DNA of 64,000 nt from positions 32,001 to 96,000 of IMG/VR virus record IMGVR_UViG_3300033182_000991. One strand, written 5' to 3'. Of the stretch, positions 37,895 through 48,079 are shown piece by piece. Both the position numbers and the translations under genes were made by a program. Position 1 is the first letter of the stretch, and each line of letters begins with the position of its first letter. The notes below the pieces were generated by a model. It had not been told where the DNA came from. It saw nothing but the letters and a program-made list of their open reading frames with translations, and did no database searches. Source of the DNA: a virus.

Positions 37895-39949
37895 ATGAAA
37901 CAGTTTTTAACTTTATTCTTATTCCTCATTTCATTTGGGATGATGGGTTCACACCTTTCGGGTGGTGATATTCAATACCGTTATATCGGTGATTCTACGG
38001 GTGTTGCTCGTCAATATGAGGTCTTACTCCGAGTATACCGAGATAACTCAGGAATTCCAATGGGAAACACTCAGACGGTGTATATTAACTCGTCTTGTTA
38101 TAGTCAGCAGAGTTTGACAGTAACTTTATTACCGGGTTCAGGTGGGATTGCTCCGACATTGTTTGATTGTGTGGTACCATCTTCATCCACAAAGACCTTA
38201 GAGATTTATGCATACAAAGGTATTGTTACTCTGCCAGGTAACTGTAATGATTTTACGTTTTGGTGGCAACAATGTTGTAGACCTGGTGGTATTGATAACA
38301 TCAATGGGTCCAATGGGTTGGGTACTGACGGATTTTATTTTGACGCCTTACTTAACAATACCAAAGGTCAGAACTCTTCACCAATCTTTGTTTCAGAGCC
38401 TGTAAGAGCCTTCTGTGTTAATAATCCATTCAATTGGAAACAAACAGTAATTGAGGAGAATGGTGACTCCATTGTATTCTCAATGATTAATTGTAGAGAG
38501 GGTAACTATCCTGGTACTGATATTAACTTTGATGCGGGATGGTCTGCAAGTCAACCTATAACCTCATCATATTTTAATTTAGACCCTGCAACGGGTCTTA
38601 TCAACTTCTTACCAACGATGCAAGAGATTGATGTTGCTTCAGTATTGGTAAAGGAATACAGATATGATTCATTATACAATGTGTGGTATCAAGTTGGTTC
38701 GGCTTCAAGAGATATGATGATTCAGATTGAAGCGACTTGTTCTCCTGCGGTGATGGATGGTGTTGGTTTGGACTTTAACGCGCCAGGTCACTATATAGAT
38801 ACTATCACAGGATTACCGACAGTGGACTACGATTGTGGTGATACTGCGGTGACCATCTATTTGGATATTATGTTGGATTGTTTCTCCATCTCACCTGACG
38901 GTACTGACTTTAGAATGACATCACCAACAGGACAACCGTGGGCAATCAAAAACATTATTGGTAACTGTAATGTGAATGGTGAGACAGACTCACTTACGAT
39001 TGTATTGAACAGACCATTAGCGGTGAACGGAAAGTATTACCTGTATTCCAAAGTGGGTAACGATGGTAATACCATTCTAAACAAATGTGGTATTGCGATG
39101 GATGAGTTTGATACTCTTGTGGTTAATGTAGACGATTGTGTAAACTTAGTAATGGAATTAGAAAACGTTACAGTCATCAACGACAATCATCCACAGGTTC
39201 AATGGAGTGTAGACACCACAACATTCTTCAAAGACCAATTTGAAAGATATGTGATTTTACGTGAAGATTTGGGTTGGCAGTCAGTGGGTAACGTATTCAA
39301 TCCTGATAAGTTATTCTATGATGATTACTCAGCTACATTTGTAGACAACCAAAGTTACAATTACAAAGTGTATATGGTTTATAACTCATTCAATATGGAT
39401 ACCACAAGAGATGTTCACTCTATACTGTTACAAACGGATGGTAGTTGTGATACATTGTGTTTCAATTGGAACAGTTACAATGGTTGGAGTAATCCTGAGT
39501 ATGATATTATGTTGAAAGTAGATACAGGATGGATGAAGATATTACCATCACCAATCACTGACACTACATATTGTGGATATTTTGACACATTACAGGTGGG
39601 TAATAACATATTCAAAGTGGTAACGACGAATGGAGTTGATACTTCTGAGAGTAATTACGCAACCTGCTTCCAACCTGAACCACCAATTATTGTGGTACCA
39701 AATGTGATGACTCCGAATGGTGATGGAATGAATGATATTTTTGACATTAGGTATATTGACTTATATGATGTCAAAAAGTTGACAATCTACAACAGATGGG
39801 GTACAATTGTCTATCAGAGTGAGGATTACCAAAACGATTGGGATGGTGGAAATGTATCTGACGGTGTTTACTTCTACGTATTGGAATTGTGGAAGGGAAC
39901 CGATAACACAAACTATTATGGAAACCTAACGGTTATTGACAATGATTAA
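37895..39949 (+). CDS. Secreted protein with T9SS type-B (gliding-motility-associated, CHU_C) C-terminal domain
   Basis: Signal peptide, SHLSGGDIQY, QCCR; C-terminal PNVMTPNGDGMND..IYNRWG..WDG..DGVYFY. Confidence 0.85.
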   Translation: MKQFLTLFLFLISFGMMGSHLSGGDIQYRYIGDSTGVARQYEVLLRVYRDNSGIPMGNTQTVYINSSCYSQQSLTVTLLPGSGGIAPTLFDCVVPSSSTKTLEIYAYKGIVTLPGNCNDFTFWWQQCCRPGGIDNINGSNGLGTDGFYFDALLNNTKGQNSSPIFVSEPVRAFCVNNPFNWKQTVIEENGDSIVFSMINCREGNYPGTDINFDAGWSASQPITSSYFNLDPATGLINFLPTMQEIDVASVLVKEYRYDSLYNVWYQVGSASRDMMIQIEATCSPAVMDGVGLDFNAPGHYIDTITGLPTVDYDCGDTAVTIYLDIMLDCFSISPDGTDFRMTSPTGQPWAIKNIIGNCNVNGETDSLTIVLNRPLAVNGKYYLYSKVGNDGNTILNKCGIAMDEFDTLVVNVDDCVNLVMELENVTVINDNHPQVQWSVDTTTFFKDQFERYVILREDLGWQSVGNVFNPDKLFYDDYSATFVDNQSYNYKVYMVYNSFNMDTTRDVHSILLQTDGSCDTLCFNWNSYNGWSNPEYDIMLKVDTGWMKILPSPITDTTYCGYFDTLQVGNNIFKVVTTNGVDTSESNYATCFQPEPPIIVVPNVMTPNGDGMNDIFDIRYIDLYDVKKLTIYNRWGTIVYQSEDYQNDWDGGNVSDGVYFYVLELWKGTDNTNYYGNLTVIDND

Positions 39950-40355
39950 AAGATTTATAAATAAGATTCAGTCTTTCATTAAGAGATATTGGTGGTTAGC
40001 GGCAATATGGTATGGGATGAAGTTCACACTTCTAATCCTTACCATTTTGTTTTTGACTTCATGTGAGAACACTTACAAGGCGAATAAAAACTATCTCTAT
40101 ACCTTCTCCTGCGTGATTGAGAAGGACGATTATGGTAGAAAGGTCTATGGGGCTCACCATTTCCTTTTGGACGAGCAAATCAAAGATATGTCGTCTTTTG
40201 AAGAATGTTATGTAAATTATTTGGAGTGGTCAGGATTGGATAAGGACGGAATGTATAAGAAATCCTACTACGCTGACAGAAAGAATGTTGACATCTATTT
40301 GGTGGATGAAGTGTGGGGAAGTGTAACTGTTGAATCTGCAGACCTTTGTAATTAA
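39942..40355 (+). CDS. Hypothetical membrane protein or lipoprotein
   Basis: Hydrophobic stretch ending LFLTSC. Confidence 0.5.
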   Translation: MIKRFINKIQSFIKRYWWLAAIWYGMKFTLLILTILFLTSCENTYKANKNYLYTFSCVIEKDDYGRKVYGAHHFLLDEQIKDMSSFEECYVNYLEWSGLDKDGMYKKSYYADRKNVDIYLVDEVWGSVTVESADLCN

Positions 40356-40356
40356 G

Positions 40357-40815
40357 ATGAAAAAATACTTAAAAAGGATAAAAGATATTTTAACGTATTA
40401 CGATTATCAACCCATGCTTTTCTTTTTGGCGTTGTACGATGTAATATGGAATATCCAAAGTTATCTTCAAGAAACTTCAGGTTCAGAACTTTACTTCGGA
40501 ATATTTTATTTTGATAAAAGTAACTTTTATGAATGGCAGTATTTTGTTTATACTATATTGTCTTTTCTGATTATAATTTTCCTTCATAATGAAAAAATAC
40601 TCACAAGACTTGTGATACCTAAGGTTATAATATGTTCACATATTTTACTTAGTGAGATTGTTTATTATATCCAAATATTTACAGGTGAGGCTGAATTGAC
40701 ATTTATTGAGTATTTCTCAATGATAATTTTTGCAACCTTTTATTGGCCAATGGTTTGGATTTGGATTTTATTCCAATTACTAAAAAAGAGATTATACTTA
40801 AACACCAATAAATGA
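40357..40815 (+). CDS. Multi-pass membrane protein
   Basis: Several hydrophobic segments. Confidence 0.5.
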   Translation: MKKYLKRIKDILTYYDYQPMLFFLALYDVIWNIQSYLQETSGSELYFGIFYFDKSNFYEWQYFVYTILSFLIIIFLHNEKILTRLVIPKVIICSHILLSEIVYYIQIFTGEAELTFIEYFSMIIFATFYWPMVWIWILFQLLKKRLYLNTNK

Positions 40816-41078
40816 TGGATTGGACTACAATTATAACGACATTACTTACCTGTATATTCGGAGCGGGAGCATGGAAGTTTTATACCTATGTGGTTAAGAC
40901 TAAAGCCAAACAAAGAACTGAAACGATGGACCAACACAATGTCTACAGAGATGACTTACGTGAAAGAGTAAAACAACTTGAAGCTGATAAAGACGAATGT
41001 ATCAATTCACTTATGGAGGTGAAACAGGAGTTATCAGCACTCAAAGTTAAAGTAGAATTCTTAGAGAAGGGAAAGTAA
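40812..41078 (+). CDS. Small TM plus coiled-coil protein (holin-like)
   Basis: N-terminal TM (IITTLLTCIFGAGAW) followed by a heptad-rich region. Confidence 0.45.
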   Translation: MMDWTTIITTLLTCIFGAGAWKFYTYVVKTKAKQRTETMDQHNVYRDDLRERVKQLEADKDECINSLMEVKQELSALKVKVEFLEKGK

Positions 41079-41111
41079 AAAAAGGGGTTGGGGATTAAGT
41101 GCCAGCCACCA

Positions 41112-41516
41112 TCAGCGAGAAATGTAATCTTCCCATCCCTTTATCGTTTTTTCAGGGGACTTGCTCGTTTCAACTTTTGCAAAATCAAAATCATAAGTTT
41201 CTTCAAACCAATCAGATATGATGTCCATGGCTTTGTGTTTCCTGATACCGACATGTTTGCTCAACATATCCACAAGGTCCTCACTAATAGATAATACATT
41301 TCTCGGACCATCATTATCATCATAATCAAAACTTCCTTCATATTCAAAAAGGATAAAAAGTGGTTCATTACCTGCAGTAATAAACGCATTTAACAAACTA
41401 CCTTTAGAGAATTGGTTTCTAATGGTCTTCACACGACCACCTCTCATCTTTTCATCAAGATAGTTAGCCACCACACGGTCCAACTGTTCACGGGTAATTA
41501 GGTATTGTTTTTTCAT
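41112..41516 (-). CDS. Hypothetical protein
   Basis: 134 aa; YLITREQL leader. Confidence 0.6.
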   Translation of the reverse strand: MKKQYLITREQLDRVVANYLDEKMRGGRVKTIRNQFSKGSLLNAFITAGNEPLFILFEYEGSFDYDDNDGPRNVLSISEDLVDMLSKHVGIRKHKAMDIISDWFEETYDFDFAKVETSKSPEKTIKGWEDYISR

Positions 41517-42049
41517 CTTTCCTTAAATATGATTTGCCAATCGGGGTTTAGGTTCATGTTGTTAGATAAATAGTCCATGACCATATCTTTCAGTTCACCG
41601 TTCAATAAATCTACATCGGCGTCGGTTTCAACCACAATGGTATTATTATCTTTACTAACCACTCTATACTTTTTACTACGAACTCCGAGACTATCTCTAT
41701 ATTTTTCAGGGGTATAGTCACTCTTTAAGAATTTCTTCATCAACTCACTAAGTTCGGTCCATTCATCATCAACAACGAATATACTTACCATCTTTTGGCT
41801 CGGTCCAAGATATTTCAATACATCTTTAACTTCTCTTTCAATCTGACTATCCAATCCTCTGAATGGGCTACCGATATTATCGTCCATCTCATAATAGACT
41901 TCGGGGTGTACAATAACGCCAACACCAATCATGGCCCAACCGTCAGACAAAGTTCTAATATCCACCATATAGTCGTCAATCAATTCAGGATAGCTCGGAG
42001 ATATTAACTTCTCCAATAACCCTTTCACCATATCTTCAGTAATCTTCAT
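41513..42049 (-). CDS. Hypothetical protein (KY[LIV]G paralogue family)
   Basis: N-terminal half similar to the 42051-42314 product. Confidence 0.6.
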   Translation of the reverse strand: MKITEDMVKGLLEKLISPSYPELIDDYMVDIRTLSDGWAMIGVGVIVHPEVYYEMDDNIGSPFRGLDSQIEREVKDVLKYLGPSQKMVSIFVVDDEWTELSELMKKFLKSDYTPEKYRDSLGVRSKKYRVVSKDNNTIVVETDADVDLLNGELKDMVMDYLSNNMNLNPDWQIIFKER

Positions 42050-42050
42050 A

Positions 42051-42314
42051 TTAGTAATCTATTACATTATAGAACTCCACCATTACAAAAGATGGGGACA
42101 AGTATTTCATTACGTTTCTAACTCTACGTTCAATAGAATATTCCAATGATTTATCCCACGTCATAGAATGGGGCATCAATACATCAACACCGATACCTGT
42201 TTTACCTTCATCGTTCTGGCGCAAGATAACATCATACCCGACAATATCTTTTTCAAACTCAGGGGTAACCAAAGTATTCAATAATTGTTTCACTATGTCC
42301 TCAGTGATGTTCAT
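42051..42314 (-). CDS. Hypothetical protein (KY[LIV]G paralogue family)
   Basis: MNITEDIVK.LL..L..P...IGV.V...IER.V..V.KYL. Confidence 0.6.
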   Translation of the reverse strand: MNITEDIVKQLLNTLVTPEFEKDIVGYDVILRQNDEGKTGIGVDVLMPHSMTWDKSLEYSIERRVRNVMKYLSPSFVMVEFYNVIDY

Positions 42315-42320
42315 AATCTA

Positions 42321-42635
42321 TTAGGCTTTAATGTTATTCCAATCTGTCATCTTTTCCACAGAGTCGTCCATATAAACTTTAATATCCACTTTGTTTATAC
42401 CAACATATTTCATAATACTTTTGATTCTTTCTTCCATATCTCTAAGGTTATACCAACCACCATAACCTGAGGGTCCGCCATCCCAATATGATTTAGTATT
42501 AATCAACACATGAATAATTACGTCATAAATGCGGTAAGGGTCTTCCACCACCCTATAGTCTTTAAGAAGACCTTCAGTGGGGTCAACATATAAGCTGTCC
42601 ATAACTTTTCTAACAATCTGCGCTTTATTATCCAT
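42321..42635 (-). CDS. Hypothetical protein (KY[LIV]G paralogue family)
   Basis: EERIKSIMKYVG. Confidence 0.6.
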   Translation of the reverse strand: MDNKAQIVRKVMDSLYVDPTEGLLKDYRVVEDPYRIYDVIIHVLINTKSYWDGGPSGYGGWYNLRDMEERIKSIMKYVGINKVDIKVYMDDSVEKMTDWNNIKA

Positions 42636-42756
42636 ACCAATAAATACTCAGGAATCCAAGTTTCGGAACCACTGACGAATAACTAAAAATACGTGAATTA
42701 AAGCATATCCTATAAGGGTAATCTTCATCATGATAAAAAGACCACGGAGGATGTTA

Positions 42757-43242
42757 TCAAACACCCACATAATACATCTCGGGGAGGACAGAATAAATGC
42801 CGTAAACAACCATTAAGAAACCGACAATCTCCACCCACCATAACTTATTCTTAATTCCCTCAGTACCCATAATGATAATAGTGGAACCAAGCTGAATGGC
42901 AAAAGGTAAAGGATGGTTATAAGAAAGGTAAAAATACAACAGGGGAGTAACAATACCCACAGCAGCGCCAGCAAAGTGTATCAAACGAGTATACGATTCT
43001 TTCATCTTAAACTGAGTGGCAGCACCCACAAAACATAATCCCACACCTGAGATAAACAAAGGAAGGGTTCCATACAACAACATAGGTATTCCAATTCCCC
43101 ACGTGAAGAACGTAAACAAACTCTTCCAACCCAATGGTAATGAATACCAACTATCACTAATGGACGGTAACACACCATACTTACTAACAATCCCAATCAC
43201 ATAAGATAAGAACACAAATATCTGAAACAATAATAACTCCAT
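42757..43242 (-). CDS. Multi-pass membrane protein
   Basis: PSISDSWY, FVGAA..FK, IHF.GA, WWVEI; 5-6 TM segments. Confidence 0.65.
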   Translation of the reverse strand: MELLLFQIFVFLSYVIGIVSKYGVLPSISDSWYSLPLGWKSLFTFFTWGIGIPMLLYGTLPLFISGVGLCFVGAATQFKMKESYTRLIHFAGAAVGIVTPLLYFYLSYNHPLPFAIQLGSTIIIMGTEGIKNKLWWVEIVGFLMVVYGIYSVLPEMYYVGV

Positions 43243-43301
43243 AACAACGGTTTTCTTTATAACATACACAATCCATAAAATAGATAAAGATATTTATTAA
43301 T

Positions 43302-43829
43302 ATGGGGTGGAAACATATAGTATTTTTATTAATCTTCTTATTATCAACAAAGATTAATGGACAATCAATAGTCGGGGTGGAAACATCAATATCCATAGAC
43401 AAATATATATTGTTCCCATACAACTCACTAACCCTATACTACAAGAACGGATTAAATATAGAAGCGGGGTTTGTAGACTACCCAACATCAACAAACGTAT
43501 TCTTCCAAGAAACCATAAGACAACAATCCACAAACTTACAATGGATTATCCCAACAATAGAAGATTACGGGGACTACACAAGAAACACAAGAGGAACAGT
43601 ACCATATTACTTTATAGGATATAGAATAGAACAAGATATATTCGCCATCAATATACAGAACGGGTGGTGTCACGATAACTACTATACACTCAAACTAAAA
43701 CCATACATAAGAATATACGAATACAGAGAAGATAATAATACAGTTCAATTCCATATCAACTCACAAGTATTCATATCAGAGAAATCCACATATACATTCA
43801 TAGGTTATAATGTGTTGTTTAGGATATAG
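43302..43829 (+). CDS. Secreted hypothetical protein
   Basis: Signal-peptide-like N-terminus; very A/C-rich codons. Confidence 0.5.
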   Translation: MGWKHIVFLLIFLLSTKINGQSIVGVETSISIDKYILFPYNSLTLYYKNGLNIEAGFVDYPTSTNVFFQETIRQQSTNLQWIIPTIEDYGDYTRNTRGTVPYYFIGYRIEQDIFAINIQNGWCHDNYYTLKLKPYIRIYEYREDNNTVQFHINSQVFISEKSTYTFIGYNVLFRI

Positions 43830-44604
43830 GGGTAAAGTAATTCCCATCCCCCTCACCCCTAACGGGTACGTTCATTCCCCTACGGGTCATTCACTCTCGG
43901 TGTCTGAAAATAACTTTACCCCAAATCCCCCACAGAAGGTCATCTAAAGACTAATTCCCTAAAACTAATAGGGGATATCCACACAATAGTTTATCATTAC
44001 CCTAAAGGGATATATTACAATACTATATACACAATATCCTATAAGAGAAATATACCCATAGTATAAAAACAATAACCCATAAGGGTTATAATTAACAATA
44101 CTTTCTCCCACTTTCTCCCACTTATGAAAGTCTATCTAAAAGACCTTATCTTTAAGGTCAAATTAAATAATTCCCCCTGACGGGGACGTTGAGGGTAATT
44201 AATTAAAACCTACAAGACTTCGTCCCGGCCGCTTCACTATGTAAACATACATTATTTACTGGAAATTATATATACCTTTTTTTACACTAATTTAATAAAC
44301 ACAAAATCAAAAAACCTTCGATTCCACCGATGAAATCACAGAAAAAGTGGTGTTTAGGGGTTCAGAACCATAAGTGGGACATAGTGGGAAAACCCCTCAA
44401 GGGATTATCCCCCATGCAGCTCCCCTCTGACATTTTGACAAATCCAAATAAATGACCCCAAAGTTATCAACAATTAAGATTTATTTTTCCCCCTGACAGT
44501 ATGACAGAGAGGGATTTGTGGCATGGACATATACAAAAACCCTATGGACCATAACCCTATATTAACACTATACAAAATATAATGGGGGGTTATACTTATG
44601 GGAT

Positions 44605-44922
44605 ATGGATATGATGAACTACATAAAGGAGAACTTTACCCCAACGGTGACGGAGGATAAGGACGGGATGAAGGTGATACTCACCAACGAGAGTGAGGTG
44701 GTACCCGATTGTGTCATATGGTTTGAGCCAGCCAAGAGGGGATGGAGCAAGAAACCCATTAGTAATAATCAGTATATCATTGTTGATGCGTACCTACTAC
44801 CCCTGTTCGAATTCTTCACCAAGTATATCGGGGTGAGTGAAGATGACTACCAAGACCTACGTATGAATGTCATCCACTACTCCATGGACATTATGGACAA
44901 ACATCTCAATGGGGAAAAATAA
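44605..44922 (+). CDS. Hypothetical protein
   Basis: 105-aa ORF inside the origin-like region. Confidence 0.5.
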   Translation: MDMMNYIKENFTPTVTEDKDGMKVILTNESEVVPDCVIWFEPAKRGWSKKPISNNQYIIVDAYLLPLFEFFTKYIGVSEDDYQDLRMNVIHYSMDIMDKHLNGEK

Positions 44923-44933
44923 ATAAGGTTTTA

Positions 44934-44965
44934 TTTGGCAGTGTCAACTATATTCCATATCTTTG
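44934..44965 (+). promoter_or_regulatory. Bacteroidota sigma-A promoter
   Basis: TTTG, N20, TATCTTTG. Confidence 0.7.
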
Positions 44966-45013
44966 TTCTGATGCTTTGGCCCCAAGGGGGAAGGTCACTC
45001 TAAAGCACCAACA

Positions 45014-45045
45014 CAAAGATACAACATATTTCCCACATGACCAAA
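45014..45045 (-). promoter_or_regulatory. Bacteroidota sigma-A promoter (convergent with 44934-44965)
   Basis: Minus strand TTTG (45045-42), N20, TATCTTTG (45021-14). Confidence 0.7.
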
Positions 45046-45567
45046 TATCAAGTCACATTGTCATGGTCCCCTAAGCCCACCATATAACCACTCCCCCCAT
45101 ATTAGTCATAAGGGGGTCTCCCCATCAAAATTCCCTATATACCCCCCATATGGGGTCCCCCCCTCCTCTATGGGTCTCCCGTATCCCCCCTCCCCTACCC
45201 CCTTTTAGGGTTGTTTTGGGGGGTTAATCCCCTAAATAAAACTTATGGGAAAATGGTAGAGAAAATGTTTATAAAAATTTTTGGGAAAATTTCGTTATAA
45301 ACAGGACCCCCTATTTGGAAAATGGGTGAAATAGTGGAAAAGAATTTTCTGGAAAATTTTGGAAAAATGGACCTTTTACTTTGTAGGAGGTTTTTTTATT
45401 TTATGTATATGGAAAATGAAATGAATATTATTAGATTCAAGGATAAGGGATTTATCTTGGTCTATCCAGATAGGGAAGAGGTTTGGAACAGAGGAATTGA
45501 TAAGGGTATTGAAGTGGGAAGTTCTTACATTCGATATAAGAGTCAGATATACAAACAGGCTGTATAG

Positions 45568-45900
45568 ATGGAATACAATCTCAATTGGGTTAAGGGGATT
45601 ATGATGGATACTCATCCCAAGTTTGGGGATATGGGTTTTTATCTTGAGAGACCTATGGAGATTGTTGAGGTATTGGGTGATGAGGATATGACTATTGTCC
45701 ATCCGAAGAGGATGGGTATTAATATATTGGGGAGACCTGATGTTAATGTTGAAGATATACAGGGGTTCTGTGATACGATGAAGTATATGGGATTGAAACC
45801 TTACTATTGGGATTATGATAAATGGGGTATGTTATTTTTTGAGTTTGAGTTGAATGTTGGGGATAATGTATATTATGAAAATGAGAAGATATGGGAATAG
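45568..45900 (+). CDS. Hypothetical protein
   Basis: 110-aa ORF with G/T-rich codons; TMKYMG. Confidence 0.55.
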   Translation: MEYNLNWVKGIMMDTHPKFGDMGFYLERPMEIVEVLGDEDMTIVHPKRMGINILGRPDVNVEDIQGFCDTMKYMGLKPYYWDYDKWGMLFFEFELNVGDNVYYENEKIWE

Positions 45901-46023
45901 GATGGATTATTTTATTTATGGTATTATTGGTTGGGGGAGCTTGGTTGTTGTCTAAGGATGTATGATTGAATGGGGGTGAGACGATAGTCTTGTAAGTTTC
46001 CTTCAACGAATATATTTATTGTT

Positions 46024-46368
46024 ATGAATATCAACGAATCCCATAGAGCTGAAATCCGTAAGATGTATATGGCCGAACAATTGTTTCAGGGTATAAAGAA
46101 CGGATTGATTTACTACCAAACATCCAAAGGTAAGGAAGTGAAGTATAAGGTGACCAACCCGATGTTTTCTGACATCAAGGTTTTGGACTTTGATTTGGAA
46201 TCGGGAGATTGGGAAGTGGAGTTAAAGAAATACTTCATGAGTATGACAAAGGAGGGAACATTTAACTTTGATGTTCTTGCTGATGTCATTGAGAATATGA
46301 ACAATGGTGTTAAGAAGTTCGACATCCCTGTTCAGGGAAATATACGATTAAACTTTGAGAGGATATGA
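46024..46368 (+). CDS. Hypothetical protein
   Basis: 114 aa; MNINES...AEQ leader; ATATTTAT upstream. Confidence 0.6.
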   Translation: MNINESHRAEIRKMYMAEQLFQGIKNGLIYYQTSKGKEVKYKVTNPMFSDIKVLDFDLESGDWEVELKKYFMSMTKEGTFNFDVLADVIENMNNGVKKFDIPVQGNIRLNFERI

Positions 46369-46976
46369 TTCGTTGGGAGGACTACGAGAATAAGGACCAA
46401 CTCTATAAGTTATGGGACGCCACGGGTGTGGGTTATAAGTCTACTCGCTATTTGGGGGATAAGTTTGAAACCTTTCATGACTACCTGTTGTTTGTTGCCG
46501 ATTATTATAATATAGAAAACGTTTCTGTCTTGGGGTTGATTTCGCATATAATTCAGGAGATGAACGACTATCTGTCTAACCCTGAGAACATCCCTTGTGG
46601 TGGGGATGCCGAAATCCGTTTGACGAATATTGATATTGACATTAGAGACGATATATATAAAACATCATACATGTCTAATTTGTATGACGGTATGGGTGGA
46701 AAGCCATGGGGTATGTTTGATTTTGTGTTACATGACCCACAGGGGTTTGAATGTGAACCCATCCCTGGTTATGACGAGGAAAGTATGATGGAAGATTTCC
46801 TATATAAAAAATATAAAGATACTGAAGTTCCTTCAGAGGGTCTTAAAGATACTGACGAGTATAAGAAGTTCTGTTTCGAGGAGAGTTGCTTTCATTATGT
46901 CATTAGAGACGTACTGAGTAAAATCCGTAAGAAGTATGGGATTTCATTAAACGTCTCAGGAGGGGAAAGAGAATAA
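46365..46976 (+). CDS. Hypothetical protein
   Basis: 203-aa ORF, coupled to neighbours. Confidence 0.55.
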   Translation: MIRWEDYENKDQLYKLWDATGVGYKSTRYLGDKFETFHDYLLFVADYYNIENVSVLGLISHIIQEMNDYLSNPENIPCGGDAEIRLTNIDIDIRDDIYKTSYMSNLYDGMGGKPWGMFDFVLHDPQGFECEPIPGYDEESMMEDFLYKKYKDTEVPSEGLKDTDEYKKFCFEESCFHYVIRDVLSKIRKKYGISLNVSGGERE

Positions 46977-48079
46977 TGACCATTAGTGACGCCATAACAG
47001 ATTACTTTTATAAGAATTGGAAGAACCTTTCTAAACAGATTGGTTTTCATGCTAATCTTGTGGCTGACCACTCCGAGTGGGTTGGTCTGATAAAAGACAT
47101 GAAGTTAAGGGTCACCCCTACAGAAGATGATATTGTCATTAACGGTTTTCAGTATGTCGGGCCAGGTGACCTTGACTTGGATGTCTATTTAGATGTAGAC
47201 CATATCTTGGAGTTTCCTATTGACCACTTTATGTTTGCCCGTGAATCTCTAATCCCTTGGTTGAATAGGGGGATACTAAAATATTTCGGTATAAACTTGA
47301 ATACCGACTTTGCCGATATTAACGTGAACTTTTACGACAAGATGGGGGATGTGGACTCTTACGAGATTCCTGCCGATTATGGAAGAACAAAGCCGAGTTT
47401 CTTTTACGACCATCCGAGTAGGTATTGGGTGAAGACCGACAAAAAACAAAATATTAAAGAACAGAGGAAACAGAAGAAAGACGTTCTTATTTTGAACTTC
47501 CCTAAAAAGGGTGTGGAGATGAACATCATGAAAACCCTTGGAAACATTTTTGTTTCGGGGGTGTTTGGGTCCATTAATCAGTCATTAGATTGGGTGACTA
47601 AAAATGAGGACGAATTCACGAAACCCCTGAAGACCTTAGTTATTGGTGCTCACGGGAATAAGTGTAGTCGTTCTATCATGTCCACAGCAGAAAAGAATGT
47701 GGAAACAAATGAAACCATATTATTGAAACAATTGCAGAGTAAAGGGTTTATCGGTCCGAATACTGTGGTGTTCTTTACTGCGTGTTATGGTGCTGATGAT
47801 TTGAGCAAGTTGATAAATTCTTCGATGGCGTTGGGTGGTCATAGGATTCATGGTGCTGAAGGTGTGTATAATTATGTGACGGGAAATGCCGATGCATTTT
47901 ACTCTTGTAGTTTTACTCCTGAAGACAAAGAGAAAATGTGGAATGGTGAAGCCTACAAAAAATGGTGTATGTTGAAATACAACAAATATATTATTAACGA
48001 CAATAAGTTGTATAATGAATATTTCCTTGAAAGAGGATATTGTCGTAGAGAAAGCGGCGCACCATATTCATTCTTCTAA
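46976..48079 (+). CDS. Two-domain hypothetical protein; C-terminal half has a His-Gly...Cys arrangement (caspase/CHAT/DUF4347-like fold possible)
   Basis: LVIGAHG...VVFFTACYG. Confidence 0.45.
   Translation: MTISDAITDYFYKNWKNLSKQIGFHANLVADHSEWVGLIKDMKLRVTPTEDDIVINGFQYVGPGDLDLDVYLDVDHILEFPIDHFMFARESLIPWLNRGILKYFGINLNTDFADINVNFYDKMGDVDSYEIPADYGRTKPSFFYDHPSRYWVKTDKKQNIKEQRKQKKDVLILNFPKKGVEMNIMKTLGNIFVSGVFGSINQSLDWVTKNEDEFTKPLKTLVIGAHGNKCSRSIMSTAEKNVETNETILLKQLQSKGFIGPNTVVFFTACYGADDLSKLINSSMALGGHRIHGAEGVYNYVTGNADAFYSCSFTPEDKEKMWNGEAYKKWCMLKYNKYIINDNKLYNEYFLERGYCRRESGAPYSFF

Larger units (their letters stand above)
43830..45370. other. Candidate replication origin / GC-skew switch region
   Basis: Mostly non-coding; C-rich to G-rich switch near 45200; divergent flanking gene blocks; short repeats; convergent promoters. 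Confidence 0.55.

Noticed and set aside
45322-45408. N-terminal part of ORF 45322-45567
   Set aside because: Overlaps the GGAAAAT repeats; if a gene exists it probably starts near 45409
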